Positions 51,625 through 61,857 of a stretch of DNA of 64,000 nt are shown in pieces. The stretch comes from an uncultured Acidobacteriota bacterium (lineage in GTDB: Bacteria > Acidobacteriota > Thermoanaerobaculia > Gp7-AA8), in assembly GCA_963741955.1 (NCBI GenBank), contig CAVUKB010000007.1, forward strand, positions 512,001-576,000, given 5' to 3'. The notes beneath the pieces are model-generated. The model did not search any database and had not been told where the DNA came from. It worked only from the letters and a program-made list of their open reading frames with translations. Positions within the stretch are counted from its first letter, which is position 1. Every line of letters starts with the position of its first letter. Made by a program: the position numbers and the translations under genes.

Positions 51625-52659
51625 TCAGCTCCGGCGGCGCCTCTCCGTCTTCCCGCGGAGTTGTCCGCAGGCGGCTGCGATGTCGAGCCCCTTCGATCGG
51701 CGGACCGTCACCCGTGCTCCATGGCGCACCAGAGATCCGGCGAAGCGGTCGATCGCGGTTTCATCGGGCCGTTTCATCCAATCCGGGAGGTGAGGATCCG
51801 GATTGAACGGAATCGCATTCACCTTCGCCCGAAGACCGCGGATGAGTCGCGCCAGAGAGGCGGCGTCCCGATCCGAGTCGTTGTACCCGGCGAGGAGGAC
51901 GTATTCGATGGTGATCTCGCGGCCCCGCTCCAGAGGAAACGCTTCCAATGCGCGGATCAGGCCGGCGAGCGGGTACTTCGTGGTGATCGGCATGATCTCC
52001 GCGCGTCTCGCGTCATCCGGTGCATTGATCGAGATGGCGAGGTTCGGCCGCTTCTCCAGCCTGGCGAGATCCTCGATTCCCGGGACGATTCCAGCGGTCG
52101 AAAGAGTGATCCGACGATGCGAGATGGTGCGGCTGAAGATCTCCATCGCCTTGCGGACGTTCTCGAGATTCAGCAGCGGCTCGCCCATCCCCATGAAGAC
52201 GAGGTTGAGTCGCTCGGGATCGATCTTCTTTGCGCGACGGATGACATTCACCTGTCCGACCATCTCCGACGGAGTCAGATTCCGTCCCGGGCCGAAGAAA
52301 CCGGTCACGCAGAACGTGCATCCGACCGCGCAGCCGGCCTGCGAGGAGAGACAGAGCGTGGTGCGGTCGCCCATCGGCATGTAGACCGCCTCGATCAGTC
52401 CCCCGTCCTCGAGAGTGAAGAGGAACTTCTCGCTGCCGTCCGGTGCCGGCGGGGTGATCTCGCGGACTGCGGGAGCCGCGAGAGAGTCGCGCGCGGCCAG
52501 CTCCTCGCGCATGGAAAGAGGAAGGCTCGTCATCTCCTCGAACGATGCGGCACCCCGGACGTGCATCCACTCCTCGACCTGGCGGATCCGGTAAGAGGGC
52601 GTGACGAGATCTTCGAGCCGATGCTCGAGCTCCGCGGGAGAAAGGTCGTAGAGGTTCAC
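51625..52659 (-). CDS. rlmN: Dual-specificity rRNA/tRNA methyltransferase RlmN
   Basis: Radical SAM motif CAVGCTFC, MGMGEP and AACGQL. Confidence 0.96.
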   Translation of the reverse strand: MNLYDLSPAELEHRLEDLVTPSYRIRQVEEWMHVRGAASFEEMTSLPLSMREELAARDSLAAPAVREITPPAPDGSEKFLFTLEDGGLIEAVYMPMGDRTTLCLSSQAGCAVGCTFCVTGFFGPGRNLTPSEMVGQVNVIRRAKKIDPERLNLVFMGMGEPLLNLENVRKAMEIFSRTISHRRITLSTAGIVPGIEDLARLEKRPNLAISINAPDDARRAEIMPITTKYPLAGLIRALEAFPLERGREITIEYVLLAGYNDSDRDAASLARLIRGLRAKVNAIPFNPDPHLPDWMKRPDETAIDRFAGSLVRHGARVTVRRSKGLDIAAACGQLRGKTERRRRS

Positions 52660-53006
52660 TCTTCGGAGGGTTTGTCCGAAGCGACTCGCTTCGGTGAGCG
52701 GACCTTGCGGGTCGGATCGATTCCGACCGAACGAAGGAATGTCAGATCCTTCATGTCGATCCGGAACTGAACTTCATGGCGGGCTCGTCGCGGCACGACC
52801 GCCATCTCCGGCGACCGCTGCGGCTCGAGGTTCCCCGAATCCTCCCCTTCACGGTCGAGACCGATCGTGGCGTCGAGAAAGACGTAGAGGTTGTAGCCGT
52901 GGTCGCGGATCCGCTGGATCTGCTGATTGACCGCTTCCGAAGAAGAGATCGAATCATTGATGGCGTTTCCGAGCTCCTTCAGAAGTTCTTTGATCCGGTC
53001 GTCCAA
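52656..53006 (-). CDS. Conserved hypothetical protein
   Basis: 116 aa; stop overlaps the rlmN start; a promoter lies upstream. Confidence 0.8.
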   Translation of the reverse strand: MDDRIKELLKELGNAINDSISSSEAVNQQIQRIRDHGYNLYVFLDATIGLDREGEDSGNLEPQRSPEMAVVPRRARHEVQFRIDMKDLTFLRSVGIDPTRKVRSPKRVASDKPSEE

Positions 53007-53066
53007 GGTGTCATCTCTCGTAAGCTATTGAAAAATAGCTGTTTATTGTGACCCAGCATCCGTCCA

Positions 53067-53095
53067 ATTATCGCAACGGCGGGGTGGAAGGTCAA
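53067..53095 (-). promoter_or_regulatory. Sigma70-like promoter for the hypothetical gene-rlmN operon
   Basis: TTGACC-17 nt-GATAAT on the minus strand. Confidence 0.6.
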
Positions 53096-53099
53096 GGCC

Positions 53100-54502
53100 T
53101 GTCGCGTCAAATTAAAATCTGACTTTAGGGGGGATCGTCGCGTCAGATTGGATCTGACCGAAGGGGGTCGTTGGTTTGGCTTCTTAGACGCTGGCATCGG
53201 TGGACCTCGGGGTGGTGGCGTCCTCCCCCTCGAGGGGGAGGATCGAGGAGGGGGTGCGACGGTTCAGAGAGCGTGCTCGCGTCGAGCTTTTTCCGTTGAG
53301 GTGGTGAACGCGGGCGAGCTTTCGTTCGATGATGTCGGATAGTTCGAAGGGGTTGAGCGTCGCACGGAGCGCAGCGAGACGGGCGAGCTCGGGAGAACGC
53401 GGATTGTCGGCGAGGAGGCGATCGAGGGGCGTGCGGGGCGCATCGTAGACGCGCCGTGTACGAGAGCCGATTCGTTCCTTCCGGATGAGCTTCACCGAGG
53501 GCTGAAACAGGTTCATCATCAGCCGCCACTCCTTCGCATAGAGATCGTTCAACGCGTCCACGGCCGCACGGGTATCGATCCGCTCCCAGCCTACGAGCCG
53601 TCGGACGTGGGTCCAGTTCTTCTGCTCGATGTGCGCGTTGTCGTCTTTCTTGTACGGCCGTCCCCGGGTGAACTGAACCTTGTTGCGGAGGCAGTACCGA
53701 TAGAGATGACCGTTGATGAACTCACTGCCGTTGTCAGAGTCGATTCCGAGAAGACGGAAGGGCAGTGCAACCCGGATCCATTCGATCGCCGCGACGATAC
53801 CGGTCTGGGCTTTACTCAGAACCGCCCGGGTCTCGGTCCATGTCGAGTGGATGTCGGTGAAGTTCAGTGAGTGGGCGAACTCGCCATCGGCACACGGCCC
53901 GGAGTGCGACACCAGATCGATCTCACACCAGCCGGGATCCTGGACATCCCACCGATCGGTGCGGATCGGGATGTGATGCTTGAGAAGCGTGCCGGGCTTG
54001 GTTCGACCGTAGAGCTTCCGCCGATCCGCCGTCCGCCGCTCTCGCAGGTAGCGGTCGATCGATCGTGGGCTGATCTCGAGCACGGCCTGCTCGACCTCTG
54101 AGGATAGATTCTTCACGTACGGCAGCCACAACCGGAGCATCGATTTGAGCCTCACCGACCATGGATAATCGGCCGCTTCCCAGATGCCCTCGAGCACGTC
54201 GATCACCGCGGCCGAATACTTCTTCTTCCGTCCAGGTCGTCCCCGCCTCCGGCCGTTCTTCTCAGGCGGGTTGCGGAGCAATGAGATCGCATACTTGCGG
54301 TTCAGCCCCGCTGCCATGCAGAACGCGTCGAGGATCATCGCTTTCTCCTTCCGCCCTGCCTTCCGGTATCGTTCCGAGAGTCGCCGTGCCTGTTCGTGTC
54401 GATCTTTCGCCTTCATCGCACCCTCCCCCGCAGAGGATGCCCCGGTCAGATTCTTTTTGGCGCGACGATTCTCCCTTCGGTCAGATTTAGTTTGGCGCGA
54501 TA
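53100..54502 (-). mobile_element. IS481-like (rve integrase-core) element
   Basis: Ends TGTCGCGTCAAA and TATCGCGCCAAA, each with two TCGCGYCA...ATCTGAC sub-repeats; no clear target duplication. Confidence 0.75.
53184..54416 (-). CDS. DDE integrase-core transposase
   Basis: EIDLV, DSDNGSEF and DNAHIEQKN catalytic motifs. Confidence 0.9.
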   Translation of the reverse strand: MKAKDRHEQARRLSERYRKAGRKEKAMILDAFCMAAGLNRKYAISLLRNPPEKNGRRRGRPGRKKKYSAAVIDVLEGIWEAADYPWSVRLKSMLRLWLPYVKNLSSEVEQAVLEISPRSIDRYLRERRTADRRKLYGRTKPGTLLKHHIPIRTDRWDVQDPGWCEIDLVSHSGPCADGEFAHSLNFTDIHSTWTETRAVLSKAQTGIVAAIEWIRVALPFRLLGIDSDNGSEFINGHLYRYCLRNKVQFTRGRPYKKDDNAHIEQKNWTHVRRLVGWERIDTRAAVDALNDLYAKEWRLMMNLFQPSVKLIRKERIGSRTRRVYDAPRTPLDRLLADNPRSPELARLAALRATLNPFELSDIIERKLARVHHLNGKSSTRARSLNRRTPSSILPLEGEDATTPRSTDASV

Positions 54503-54707
54503 CGAAGGTTCCAGAATGCTGCCAACCGGCGTACACTCATGCGGAGTCTGCCTCGCAGAAGCCTTCCGGACTCCGCTCTCCTTCCCGCTGCTGCAACGAA
54601 GCGGTCCCTCTCGTTGTTCCATGCGGAGACCCATGTGCGCGATCGCATCGCGTGGTGATGCGCAGACCACGTTCCGAAAGCGCGGCGCGCTGTGTAGACT
54701 CCCGGAG

Positions 54708-57455
54708 ATGTTGTGGCGCATTGTTCCGGCGGTGGTGGCCGTTCTCGTTTTCGTCGTTCCGGCAGCCCGAGGAGGGCTCGGATTCGGGAGCGTACGGGCA
54801 GTGGTGCGGACGGAGAACGGATCCCGCATCGCCGGCGCCACCGTGGTGATCGAAGGCGACGCCGTGATCCGGAGAGCCAGGACCGACGCCTCCGGTGTGA
54901 TCGAGATCTTCGAGCTTCCGCCCGGGAAGTTTTCGATGATGGCCCAGGCGCCCGGCTACACCACGATGATCCGGACGAGCATCGCGATCGCCCCGGATCA
55001 CCAGACCACGTTGCAGTTCATCCTTCGCCGTTCGGATCTGGAAGAGACGATCACCACCACCGCCGCGCCGGCGATCCTCGACCGGAGCCGCAGGGGAGTG
55101 GGGACGACGATACCGAGAGCGGAGCTCGAATCACTCCCGGTGCAGCCGCTGCTTCCGGATTGGATCGAGCAGGCTCCTTCTCTCGTCACGTTCTGGGGAA
55201 GGTTCGGCGAAGACGATCTCAGATTCAGTTCACTCGGCGCACCCGAGGGCTCGGCGACGTGGCTCTATGACGGAACGGAACTGAACGGCACGACCGGAGG
55301 AACCGTCCCATGGTGGATCGGTTCGCCCGCTCTCGGTGAGGAGCTTCGGTTGAATGCGGCGGGTTCCGATCCCGAGCGGCCGACGGCGGGCGCGGTGATC
55401 GAGCTCTCGACCCGTCGGGGAACCGAGGAGCGCTCAGGCTCGGTGGCGCTCTCGCTGGGACGTGGAACGGGCGGTGGCTCGGCGGCGCACGACCCGATCG
55501 GGCGGCTCCGGTACGCAGTGGACGCCGCGGTCGAGTGGGGCGGCACACTGGTGCCGGAGCGATCGTGGTGGTGGGTCGGTCTCGCCCGCCACGAAGTGCG
55601 GCACGAGCTTCGTCCGGGCGACGGGGAGACTCTGCGAATTGCGAAGGGTGGGATCGGGAACGCCGACGTGCGAGTCGACTTCGAACCGGGGAAAAGCGAC
55701 TCCGCGACACTCCTGTTCCGCAAGTCGCAGCGGGATGAGATTCCCGTCGGCGCGGGCGCTCTCCGAAGCGTCGAGTCGGCCTTCGATCTCGACGATGATG
55801 CGGAGATCCTCAGCGCACGGGGGGCGCATCTCTTAGGATCGGGATGGCTCGCGTCCGGGCGGTGGTCCGCAGCGAGCGTCGAGACGGACCGCACCCCGCT
55901 CTCCGCATCCCGCGGAATGATCGTCGACGGCCGTCGCACCGGAGGAAGCTCGAACAATGACTCGAGATCCTCTCAAACCGCGGCCGTCGTCGCCGTCGAA
56001 GGAACCGCCGGGCGAGGTTCGCATTTTCACCGCATCGAGCTCGAGCTCGGACGCCGGAAGCTCGGCGAGCACCGTGCGTTCGGCATCGCCGGGGATGGTG
56101 TGACAGGCATCATCGAAGGTGACCGGCTGATCGCGGAGGCGGCCCAGCCTTCGCAGCTCGCCGGACGATTCACTTACGATCACGCAGTCGTCGGCGACGT
56201 CTTCGAAACTGAAAACGTGGCCCTTTCCGCGGGGCTTCGGATCGACCGGCAAAGGATCGCGCTTGCCGGAAGCACCAATGCGACGCCGTGGGTCGCGGCG
56301 CACGATCTCGTCGCCGCGGAGCCCGGCCGGACTGCAACGGCGGTCTCTCCCCGCCTCTCTCTCACCTCCACGGTGGGGTCGACCCGCAGGACGGTGCTCA
56401 TCGCATCGTGGTCCCGCTATGCCGGGCGATTCGACGAGCGCGTCTTCCCCGGCCGGCCATCCTCGGCGTTCGTGCCGTGGAGCGACTCGAATGGAGATGG
56501 CGTACCGGACCAGGACGAGCTGAATTTCGGCGCAGCCACTCCCGGGAATCTCTTCGACCCCGAACGTCCGTCCTCGCCGTCTCTCCGCATCGGTCGCGGC
56601 CTCGAGCTCCCGCGCACTGACGAGATACTCCTCGGCGGCGAATTCGAGATCTCGCGCGATTTCACTGCGGGGATTCACTGGACCGGGCGACGCTTCGCAC
56701 GAGCAATCGCACCGCGGTTCGAGAAGAGCGGCGGGGGAGGAGCGTACGACCGGCAGGACTTCGAGGCCGATGGCATCCTCTCCGGCACCACGCCGGACGG
56801 GATCTCGTGGCAGCTCCCGCGCTACGTCCTCCGGCCGGGGAGCGTTCCGGTGGTGGATCAGGTGATCCGGAACGTCGAGGGACGCGAAGATTTTCAGCAG
56901 GTCCGCTTCGACGTGACGAAGCGTCTTTCGAGCGGATGGATGCTCCGGGCGTGGACGACGTGGAGAGGTGTGGATGGGTCGGCCGATCTGGCACCGACCG
57001 CGCGCGCGTCGCTCGCGGAGATGCTCTGGGGGCGAAACGATGCGTGGGTGGCGAGGCCCGCAGGGAACGGCATCGCGTGGGGCGTGAGCGGATTGCTGCA
57101 CGTGCCGTTCGTCGGCCTCGACTTCGGTCTCGTCGCGCACGGCGATGGAGGAACGCGCGTGCCGTGGCTGGTGTCGTACCGCGATCCATCGGTCGGTGAG
57201 ATCGACGTGCCGGTGGGATACGCCACCGTCGGCGCAGGGCCGCGGTTCGATCTCGGCGTCGGTCACCAGTGGCCGCTGCGCGATCACCCCTTCCGTCTCG
57301 ACCTCCAGATCCTCAACGTGGCGGACCGGCGCTCGGTGCTCGAGCGGCAGACGCGGCTCGCGTCCGGCGAGCTCCCTCTCGCCGAAGCGGGCGCCGTCGA
57401 CCGTGTGAGTGCGGGGCGCGAGGTGCGTCTGTCGTTGCGGTACACGACCAGGTGA
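54708..57455 (+). CDS. Divergent TonB-dependent receptor-like outer-membrane protein
   Basis: Signal peptide, carboxypeptidase-regulatory-like N-terminal domain, LSAGLRID, SPRLS and C-terminal VRLSLRY. Confidence 0.8.
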   Translation: MLWRIVPAVVAVLVFVVPAARGGLGFGSVRAVVRTENGSRIAGATVVIEGDAVIRRARTDASGVIEIFELPPGKFSMMAQAPGYTTMIRTSIAIAPDHQTTLQFILRRSDLEETITTTAAPAILDRSRRGVGTTIPRAELESLPVQPLLPDWIEQAPSLVTFWGRFGEDDLRFSSLGAPEGSATWLYDGTELNGTTGGTVPWWIGSPALGEELRLNAAGSDPERPTAGAVIELSTRRGTEERSGSVALSLGRGTGGGSAAHDPIGRLRYAVDAAVEWGGTLVPERSWWWVGLARHEVRHELRPGDGETLRIAKGGIGNADVRVDFEPGKSDSATLLFRKSQRDEIPVGAGALRSVESAFDLDDDAEILSARGAHLLGSGWLASGRWSAASVETDRTPLSASRGMIVDGRRTGGSSNNDSRSSQTAAVVAVEGTAGRGSHFHRIELELGRRKLGEHRAFGIAGDGVTGIIEGDRLIAEAAQPSQLAGRFTYDHAVVGDVFETENVALSAGLRIDRQRIALAGSTNATPWVAAHDLVAAEPGRTATAVSPRLSLTSTVGSTRRTVLIASWSRYAGRFDERVFPGRPSSAFVPWSDSNGDGVPDQDELNFGAATPGNLFDPERPSSPSLRIGRGLELPRTDEILLGGEFEISRDFTAGIHWTGRRFARAIAPRFEKSGGGGAYDRQDFEADGILSGTTPDGISWQLPRYVLRPGSVPVVDQVIRNVEGREDFQQVRFDVTKRLSSGWMLRAWTTWRGVDGSADLAPTARASLAEMLWGRNDAWVARPAGNGIAWGVSGLLHVPFVGLDFGLVAHGDGGTRVPWLVSYRDPSVGEIDVPVGYATVGAGPRFDLGVGHQWPLRDHPFRLDLQILNVADRRSVLERQTRLASGELPLAEAGAVDRVSAGREVRLSLRYTTR

Positions 57456-57637
57456 GAATAACGTTCTGAAAATCGAGCGACTCGCCGTCTTTTATTCTGC
57501 GTAGCGAACAAGATCAGAACAAAGTTTCTGTTGCGCACGTCATGGCGAGAGGTTATGACTTCCTGTCGGACCTGTCGGACGCTCCGGCGAAACGACGCGG
57601 GTTTCGCCGGCTTCTCGCCGCGCTCCGCCCGCGAATA

Positions 57638-57666
57638 TTGACGCCCCGGGAGTCGTTCATTAGACT
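57638..57666 (+). promoter_or_regulatory. Sigma70 promoter of tRNA-Cys
   Basis: TTGACG-17 nt-TAGACT, 11 nt before the tRNA. Confidence 0.75.
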
Positions 57667-57677
57667 GCGCCCGGTCT

Positions 57678-57752
<75 letters not shown>

Positions 57753-57868
57753 ACCTCCTCCTCCTTCTCGCCTCGAGCCGAACCCGCGTACGAAGCGATG
57801 GTTCAGCCATTGCACGCCCGGGCTGGTGCCGGTAAGGTGCCCCATCATCCGATCAGAGGAGGTTTCCG

Positions 57869-59593
57869 ATGAGCGTCGACACGCCCCTGAAAACCGAGAC
57901 CGAACAGCTTCATGAGCTTTTCGAACGGGAGTGGGAGTGGACTCTGCGCGAGTACCCCACGTTCGCGACGTTCGTCGGTGACCGGCGCTACAACGACCGA
58001 TGGCCGGACGAGTCGCCGGAGTCGTACGACCGGCGCCGTGCGCACATGCGCGAAGTCCTCGGCGCGCTCACTTCGATCGACCGGGAGAAGCTCTCCGCCA
58101 CCGACAAGCTCAATCGCGATCTCTTCGCACACCTGGTGGAGAGCGCGGTGGAAGGAGAGCGGTTCCGCGAGGAGTATTTCCCGATCAACCAGATGCAGGG
58201 GCTGCAGCAGGACGTGGCGAACCTGATCCAGCTCACCCCTCTCGCCTCGACGAAAGACTTCGAGGACCTGATCACGCGGCTCGAATCCTTTGCCCCGGTG
58301 GTGGATCAGACCATCGATCTGATGCGGCGCGGCCTGGAGTCGGGAATCACGCCGCCGCAGATCACGCTGCGCGATGTCCCCGCACAGATCGAAAGCCAGA
58401 TCGTCGGCGATCCTCACGACGCGCCGATCTACCGGCTCGCGTTCGCGCGCTTCCCGGCCTCGGTGTCGAAAGCCGATCAGGAGCGGCTGAAGAAAGAGGG
58501 AGCGGACGCCCTCGCCCGGCGGGTCATCCCGGCCTACCGGAAGCTCGCGGAGTTTTTCACCGGCGAATATCTGCCGAAGACGCGCGAGAGCATCGCCCTC
58601 TCCGATCTCCCGGAAGGGCGTGACTGGTACCGCTATCGCGCGAAAGTGACTACGACCACCGATCTGTCGCCCGACGAGATTCACGACATCGGGCTCTCGG
58701 AAGTCGCACGGATTCGGGACGAGATGGTGCGGGTCAAGGAGGGAACGGAGTTCGACGGCGACATGGAGGCGTTCTTCCGGTTTCTCCGCAGCGACCCCCG
58801 GTTCTTCTTCACCGAAAAGGAAGCACTCCTGGTCGCCTACCGCGACATCGCGAAGCGGATCGATCCGGAACTGCCGCGCCTCTTCGGCAAGCTGCCGCGA
58901 CTTCCGTACGGCGTCCTTCCGGTTCCCGAATACGCAGAGAAGAGCCAGACCACCGCGTACTACTATCCGGGATCGGTCGACGCCGGGCGTCCGGGCTACT
59001 TCTTCGCGAACACTTACGATCTCCCGTCCAGACCTCGCTGGGAAATGGAAGCCCTGACCCTCCACGAAGCGGTCCCGGGGCATCACCTGCAGCTCGCCCT
59101 CGCTGGTGAGATGGAGAATGTCCCCGAGTTTCGGCGTCACGACACCGGCAACACGGCGTACGTCGAGGGATGGGGTCTGTACGCCGAGTCACTGGGCGAG
59201 GAGCTCGGTCTGTACCGCGATCCATACGCGAAGTTCGGCCGGCTCACGTACGAGATCTGGCGTGCGATCCGGCTGGTCGTCGACACCGGGATGCACTGGA
59301 AGGGATGGTCGCGCCAGCAGGCGATCGACTACTTCGTCGAGAACGCCGGGAAGGCTTCGCACGACATCGAAGTGGAGATCGACCGCTATATCGTCTGGCC
59401 CGGTCAGGCGCTGGCGTACAAGATCGGCGAGCTGAAATTCCAGGAGCTGCGCCGGCGCGCGTCGTCGACGCTCGGCGATCGATTCGACATCCGTGCGTTC
59501 CACGACTTCGTTCTCGGTTCAGGCGCACTTCCCCTCGATATCCTGGAGAGTCGTGCGGGTGAATGGCTCGAGGCGCATAGCCGCCCGGAGTAA
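57869..59593 (+). CDS. DUF885-family protein (putative metallopeptidase)
   Basis: HEAVPGHH, YVEGWGLYAE, RLVVDTGMH and PGQALAYKIG. Confidence 0.93.
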   Translation: MSVDTPLKTETEQLHELFEREWEWTLREYPTFATFVGDRRYNDRWPDESPESYDRRRAHMREVLGALTSIDREKLSATDKLNRDLFAHLVESAVEGERFREEYFPINQMQGLQQDVANLIQLTPLASTKDFEDLITRLESFAPVVDQTIDLMRRGLESGITPPQITLRDVPAQIESQIVGDPHDAPIYRLAFARFPASVSKADQERLKKEGADALARRVIPAYRKLAEFFTGEYLPKTRESIALSDLPEGRDWYRYRAKVTTTTDLSPDEIHDIGLSEVARIRDEMVRVKEGTEFDGDMEAFFRFLRSDPRFFFTEKEALLVAYRDIAKRIDPELPRLFGKLPRLPYGVLPVPEYAEKSQTTAYYYPGSVDAGRPGYFFANTYDLPSRPRWEMEALTLHEAVPGHHLQLALAGEMENVPEFRRHDTGNTAYVEGWGLYAESLGEELGLYRDPYAKFGRLTYEIWRAIRLVVDTGMHWKGWSRQQAIDYFVENAGKASHDIEVEIDRYIVWPGQALAYKIGELKFQELRRRASSTLGDRFDIRAFHDFVLGSGALPLDILESRAGEWLEAHSRPE

Positions 59594-59676
59594 CGCGCGT
59601 TTCGCCGGCGCGTGGATCTGGACGCATCCGGACGAAAGGTGCAGGATGGTGTCGGCATCGGCCGGGAGGAGGTCCC

Positions 59677-60135
59677 ATGCGTACGAGACTCGTTCCACTC
59701 GCACTCGTCCTGCTCGCGTTCGCACTCTCCGGCTGCGCGAGCCATGGCGTTCAGCAGATCCATCCCGAAGTCGACATCGCCCAGGTCTCGACTCCGGTCT
59801 TCCAGCTCGAGCACGCCGGATATCTCTCGATCCAGTTCGAGCTGGCAGTCAAGAACATCCGCGAAGAGCCGGTCGTCCTGAAACGGGTCGAGCTGCGGAC
59901 GACGTCCGATTCTCCTTACGTGCTCCGCCGGCAGCCGACTCTGTTCAACCGCCCGATCCCACCGCACGTGACGGACTACGTCCGCTTCTCCGTCGATGCC
60001 TATTCGTACGGCGGGAGAGCAGCCGGCGATTTTCCGGCGACGGTACAGGGAACCGCAATCTTCGACTCCGAAGAGGGGACGATCCGGGTGCCGTTCCAGC
60101 GGTTGCTGCGCCCCGCGTCGCACCAGAGAGACTGA
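59677..60135 (+). CDS. Lipoprotein of unknown function
   Basis: GGAGG ribosome-binding site; lipobox LSG-C; similar to 37511-37984. Confidence 0.8.
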   Translation: MRTRLVPLALVLLAFALSGCASHGVQQIHPEVDIAQVSTPVFQLEHAGYLSIQFELAVKNIREEPVVLKRVELRTTSDSPYVLRRQPTLFNRPIPPHVTDYVRFSVDAYSYGGRAAGDFPATVQGTAIFDSEEGTIRVPFQRLLRPASHQRD

Positions 60136-60193
60136 GATCCTGCGGTCGCATCCTCCGACCCGGCGGGGATCGCACTCTTTCGAGGTGGGCTAG

Positions 60194-60352
60194 GAGTCTG
60201 CGCGATAGAAACGTCCGTAGCGAGAAAGCGGAGCAACGAGGCCAAATTCGTTCGGATTTGAGGTGCGTAGCGGTGGCTACTCGCCGAAAATCCGGGCGGA
60301 TTTGGACCGTTGATCCGCTTTCGCAGTAGGACAGTTTCTACCGCGCAGACTC
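60194..60352 (-). mobile_element. 159-bp MITE, copy 4 (inverted)
   Basis: CTAG at 60190-60193 and 60353-60356. Confidence 0.88.
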
Positions 60353-60363
60353 CTAGCCCACGG

Positions 60364-61661
60364 CTAGCCCCGATTTCCGTAATTCAGTACCAGCTCGGTC
60401 ATTGCGCGGACTCCGTAGACGAGCCCTGACTCGTCGACATAGAAGCGCGGCGAATGATTCGGTGCGGCTTCGTCGGCATTCTCTCCCTTCGGTGTGACTC
60501 CGATGAAGAAGAAGAGCCCCGGGACTTCCTTCGCGAAGAAGGAGAAGTCTTCGGCGCCGAGGACCGGAGGGATGATGCTGATCTCGTCGGCGACGTCTTT
60601 CAGTACCGGCATCATCTTCCCGGTGAGGGCGGGATCGTTGTAGGTGACCGGATAGCCGGGGGTGATCTTCACGTCTGCGGTGGCTCCGGCGCTCTCGGCG
60701 ATCCGCTCGGCGGTACGCTTCACCCGTTCGTGAATCTGGTTCCGCATACCGTCGTCGAGGGAGCGGAGGGTTCCCTCCATTTCGACGTCGTCGGGGATGA
60801 TGTTGTTGCGCACTCCTCCGTGGATCTCGCCGATGGTGACGATGGCGGGAGCGATGGTGGAGTCGAGCTGCCGGCTGGGGATGGTCTGCAGCCCGAGGAT
60901 GATCTGCGAGGAGACGACGATCGGGTCGACGCCGCGCCACGGGTACGCGCCGTGGGTCTGTTTTCCGTGGACGCTGATGTGGAGAGAGTCGACCGCGGCG
61001 AGGAGGCTGCCCGGACGGAGGGCGAACGTTCCCACCGGATAGAGCGACGAGACGTGCAGCCCGAAGACGACTTCAGGCCGGGGATTCCGGAGCGCACCCT
61101 CCTTGACCATCAGTTCGGCGCCCCCTTCCTCTCCCGCCGGCGCTCCTTCTTCGGCAGGCTGGAAGAGGAAGACGATCGTGCCGGGAAGCTCGGCGCGGTT
61201 TTCGGCGAGGACCTTCGCGACGCCCATCAGGATCGCGACATGCGTGTCGTGACCGCAGGCGTGCATCACGCCGACCTCATGGCCGTCGTAGGTGGTGCGC
61301 ACTTTCGAAGCGAACGGCACATCGACCTGCTCGACCACCGGAAGTGCGTCCATGTCCGCGCGAAGCGCGATGACGGGTCCGGGCTTCCCCCCTTCAGTAC
61401 GCCGACGACTCCGGTGTGTGCGACGCCGGTGCGGACGTCGATGCCGAGACTCTTCAGGTGCTCGGCGACGAGCTTCGAGGTGCGGAGCTCGCGGTTGCTC
61501 AGCTCCGGGTGCTCGTGGATGTCCCGCCGCCACTGGATGACCTGAGGCATGACGGCTTCGATCGACTTCTCGAACTTCTGCGGCATGGTGGGTGGCTCCT
61601 GTGCGAACGCGGTGGTGGTGAAGAGGAGGAGAGCAGCGAGGGTGACGAGCGAGGGTTTCAT
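60364..61661 (-). pseudogene. M20D amidohydrolase with a frameshift in a G-run
   Basis: Signal peptide and HEHPELS in one frame; LRADMDALP, HACGHD, QPAEE and AEDFS in another; the frame switches at the C6 run 61387-61392. Confidence 0.8.
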
Positions 61662-61857
61662 GGGCGGATATTGTGGCACAGCCCGCATTTCTCACACCGT
61701 CTCGTCGCGAGAAGGCGGAGAGCAGCCTGGATGCAACGTAGTAGACAGGCCGCTGGTACGACGGTCTCGGTCGCTCGGGATTCGCGAGAAGCGACGGATT
61801 GGCGGAACGTCAGGCGTCGCGGTCGGACGCGAGCGCCGACCCAACTGCTTCAGCGAG

